Source: Scenedesmus sp. PABB004 (Eukaryota). Taken from it: a stretch of DNA of 64,000 nt. This document shows positions 61,628 through 64,000 of the stretch, in pieces. The notes under the pieces were generated by a model. The model did not search any database and was not told the origin of the DNA. It saw nothing but the letters and a program-made list of their open reading frames with translations. The translations under genes were made by a program, and so were the position numbers. Position 1 is the stretch's first letter. Each line of letters opens with the position of its first letter. The DNA lies in the NCBI GenBank assembly GCA_014905635.1, contig JABVCE010000014.1, positions 310,001 to 374,000 on the forward strand, given 5' to 3'.

Positions 61628-64000
61628 TCAGCAGAACACAAACGTGGGCGTCGCCTCCGCGGCCAGCATCTTGGCGGCGCGGGCGTGGCCGACGACGCGG
61701 GCGAGCGCGAGCGCGTCGTACGCGCAGAACGCGGTCGTGACCGTCGCGTGGTGGCCGCCGCCGTCGCCGCCGCCCTGCACGAGGTTGACCAGCTCCGCGT
61801 AAAAGTGGCCGTGCTCGGGCGGGCCGTAAAACACGACGTCCTGCGAGGCGGCGCCGTCGCGGCGGCGGCCGCGCGCGGGCTCGCGCGCGCGCGCGGTCGG
61901 GCGCGCCCCCGCGACGGTGCGCCCCGCGCGGGCCAGCCGCGCGGCAGCCGCGCGCACTCGCAGGGCGGCGCACACACCACGCACCCGTATGCCGCGCAGG
62001 CGGTAGCGGTGGTAAAAGTGCGCGCGCTCGCTGTAGAGCAGCAGGCGCGCGCGGCGGTTGAAGAAGAGCGCGCGCGCGCGCGTGGCCTCGCCGTGCGAGC
62101 AGTACTCGCTCAGCGCCGCGTAGTCGGCGTCCACGGAGCGCAGGAAGTTCCTGCTTGCAGGACGCGCGCGCGCGCGGCGCGGCGGCGGCGGCGGCGGGCA
62201 TGGCGCGGTCGCGTTTGATCGCGTCAGCAGTCCGGCGCGCCGAGCTGCGCGATGCACTGGCGGCGGCGCCTGCCCGAGGGGCAACCCCCGAGAGGCCGAG
62301 AGGCCGGGCCCCTGCGGCGCGCACCCTAAAAACCTCAACTCTAAACCCTAAACCCACCTGAGGCGCACAAAGTCAAAGTAGCTCGGCACGACCAGCAGCA
62401 GCCCGCCGCCGCCGCCGCCCTCGGCCATGAGGCGCGGCCAGAGCGCGGCCTTGAAGTGCTCGAACCGCGCGTCCGGCGCGCCCGCCGCCGACGGCGAAGC
62501 GAAGCGCTCGAAGAGCTGCCGCACCTGCGCCGCCGCCGGGCGCGGGCGCGGGGGCGCGCAGCGGCGTCAGAGCGCGCGCGGCGCTGCGCGTGCGCGCGTG
62601 CAGGCGGCGCAAGCACGCACGCGCACCTGCGGCACCACCTGGCCCAGCACGCCCGGCGGCTGCGGCACGAGCCGGACCTTGCCGGCGTGGCTGGTCGCGA
62701 GCGCGCCAAACGCGGCGTTGAGCTGGGGCGAGGCAAAGGACGAGGTCATGATGGTCTGAGGGGGGGTGGTGCGCAGGGACGGGTGCGGCGGGTGGGACGG
62801 GCGCGCGGCAGGGGCGGGCGGGTCGGAGCAGGTCGGCAAGTGGGGCGCGCTGCAGCCGCGGGCAGCGCGGCGCGGCGCGGCGCGGAACGGCGCGGCTCGG
62901 CGCGCGCCGCGCCTGGCGGTACAACGCCCCCTGGCTGGCGAGCAGCGGCAGGCGCACGCGCATGATGTCGGTGCCGTGCTGCGCCTTGGGCAGCTGGTTC
63001 AGCGCCTCCAGCACTGCCGCGGGCGGGGAGGCGCGTGAGAGGGCGCGCGAGCAGACACGTGCTGCGCGCGCGCAGCTGTCGGCCGCGGGCGGCGCCCCGC
63101 GCGGCGCGCACCCGTGACGACGTGCGCCCAGTTCTGCATCAGCATCACGTCCGCGCGCTCGACCACGCACACCTCGATGGAGCTCAGAAAGTCCGCCTCG
63201 CTCCCGGGCGGCGGCGCGCGCGCGGCCGCGCCGCCGCGCCCCCGGCGCCGGCGCCGCCGCCGCCGCCGCGCCCGCCGCGCCCGCCGCGCCGCCCGCCGCG
63301 GCCGCCGCCGCGGCCGCCGCGGCCGCCGCCGTCGGGCGCGGCGGCCGCTGCGGCGGCGGCGGCGTCCTCGGCGAGCTTGGTCGCGAGGCCCATGGGGCTG
63401 GCGACGATGATGTCGGCCTGCAGCAGGTCGGCAAAGAGCTTGATCTGCCCCCGCGTGATGCGGATGCCCAGCCTGCGCGCGGGGCGGGGCGGCGGCGCGG
63501 CGCTGAGCTGGCGCGCGGCCCGGCGGCGCGCGCGGCCGCGCGGCGACGCGCGGCGCGGAGCGGCGCGCGCCTGAAGTGGTCGTCCAGGTTGCCCGCAAAG
63601 AGCGCGCGGTGCTCGGCGGGCTTGGGCGCAGCCTTGCGCTTGGCGGCGGCGCCGCCGTCGGCGCCGCCGTCGGCGCCGTCCTCGCCCGCAAACTGCTCCA
63701 GGAACTTCTCCTTGCCCTGCGCGCGCGCCGCGGGGTTTGGGGTGTAGGCCGCAGGGGCGGGCGGGCGCGGTGGCTCACGCACGCAGGCGGGCAGACACGC
63801 GCGCGAGGGGGCGGCCCAGCGCCGGCGGAGCCGCGCCGCCGGCGCGCAGGGGGCCCGCGCGCGCGCCCCTCAACCCTAGCCCAGCCCCGCACCTGCACCG
63901 AGTCGGCGCGCGTCTCCCTCTGCGCGAGCGACACCAGGCGCCGCACGAGCGCAAACGCGGCGTTGCGCATCGGCACCAGTATGAGCGCCTTGGCCCGGGT
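61628..64000 (-). CDS. UTP25: U3 snoRNA-associated protein 25 (UTP25/DEF, DUF1253), 3' part; 5' end beyond the window
   Basis: TRAKALILVPMRNAA, LFAGNLDDHFR|LGI, ADIIVASPMGL, DFLSSIEVCVVERADVMLMQNWAHV, LNQLPKAQHGTDIMRVR, VPSYFDFVRLRN, LSEY, LLYSERAHFYHRYRLRGI, FYGPPEHGHFY. Confidence 0.93.
62323..62355 (-). repeat. Short degenerate telomere-type (TTTAGGG)n tract at the 5' end of a UTP25 intron
   Basis: On the minus strand the intron begins GT-GGGTTTAGGGTTTAGAGTTGAGGTTTTTAGGGT. Confidence 0.75.

Overview
This is eukaryotic nuclear DNA of extremely high GC content (roughly 80% by eye). It looks like a chlorophyte green alga, probably Sphaeropleales/Scenedesmaceae-like; that taxon call is my inference from gene content, intron style and TTTAGGG-type repeats. 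Genes are tightly packed and split by many short GC-rich introns, so most long entries in the ORF track are shadow ORFs or exon+intron read-throughs. I reconstructed about 18 spliced genes by hand. In order: a DZIP1-like protein with two Dzip-N domains (runs off the left edge), PTS2-bearing malate dehydrogenase, a secreted/GPI-like protein, a lipase-maturation-factor-like protein, a small secreted prepropeptide, a GDP-mannose transporter, an S9 peptidase ending in KDEL, an MscS-like channel, an orphan gene, TSR1, an ARM+SAM protein, an XPA-C/F-box-like/SAP protein with an 81-bp coding repeat, a 12.8-kb TmcB/TmcC-like PAS membrane protein, a GT61 glycosyltransferase, a CRTISO-like oxidoreductase, a second secreted prepropeptide, a WD40 protein and UTP25 (runs off the right edge). 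Three observations stand out. (1) A ~710-bp, >99% identical inverted repeat pair (20410-21130 / 24194-24898) lies just downstream of two convergent genes and encloses a 3-kb segment with an orphan gene. (2) GC-AG introns are unusually common, including ones needed to rebuild catalytic motifs. (3) Two prohormone-like secreted precursors carry RRL and G-RR processing sites. Exon boundaries and starts are manual predictions, and no database search was possible.
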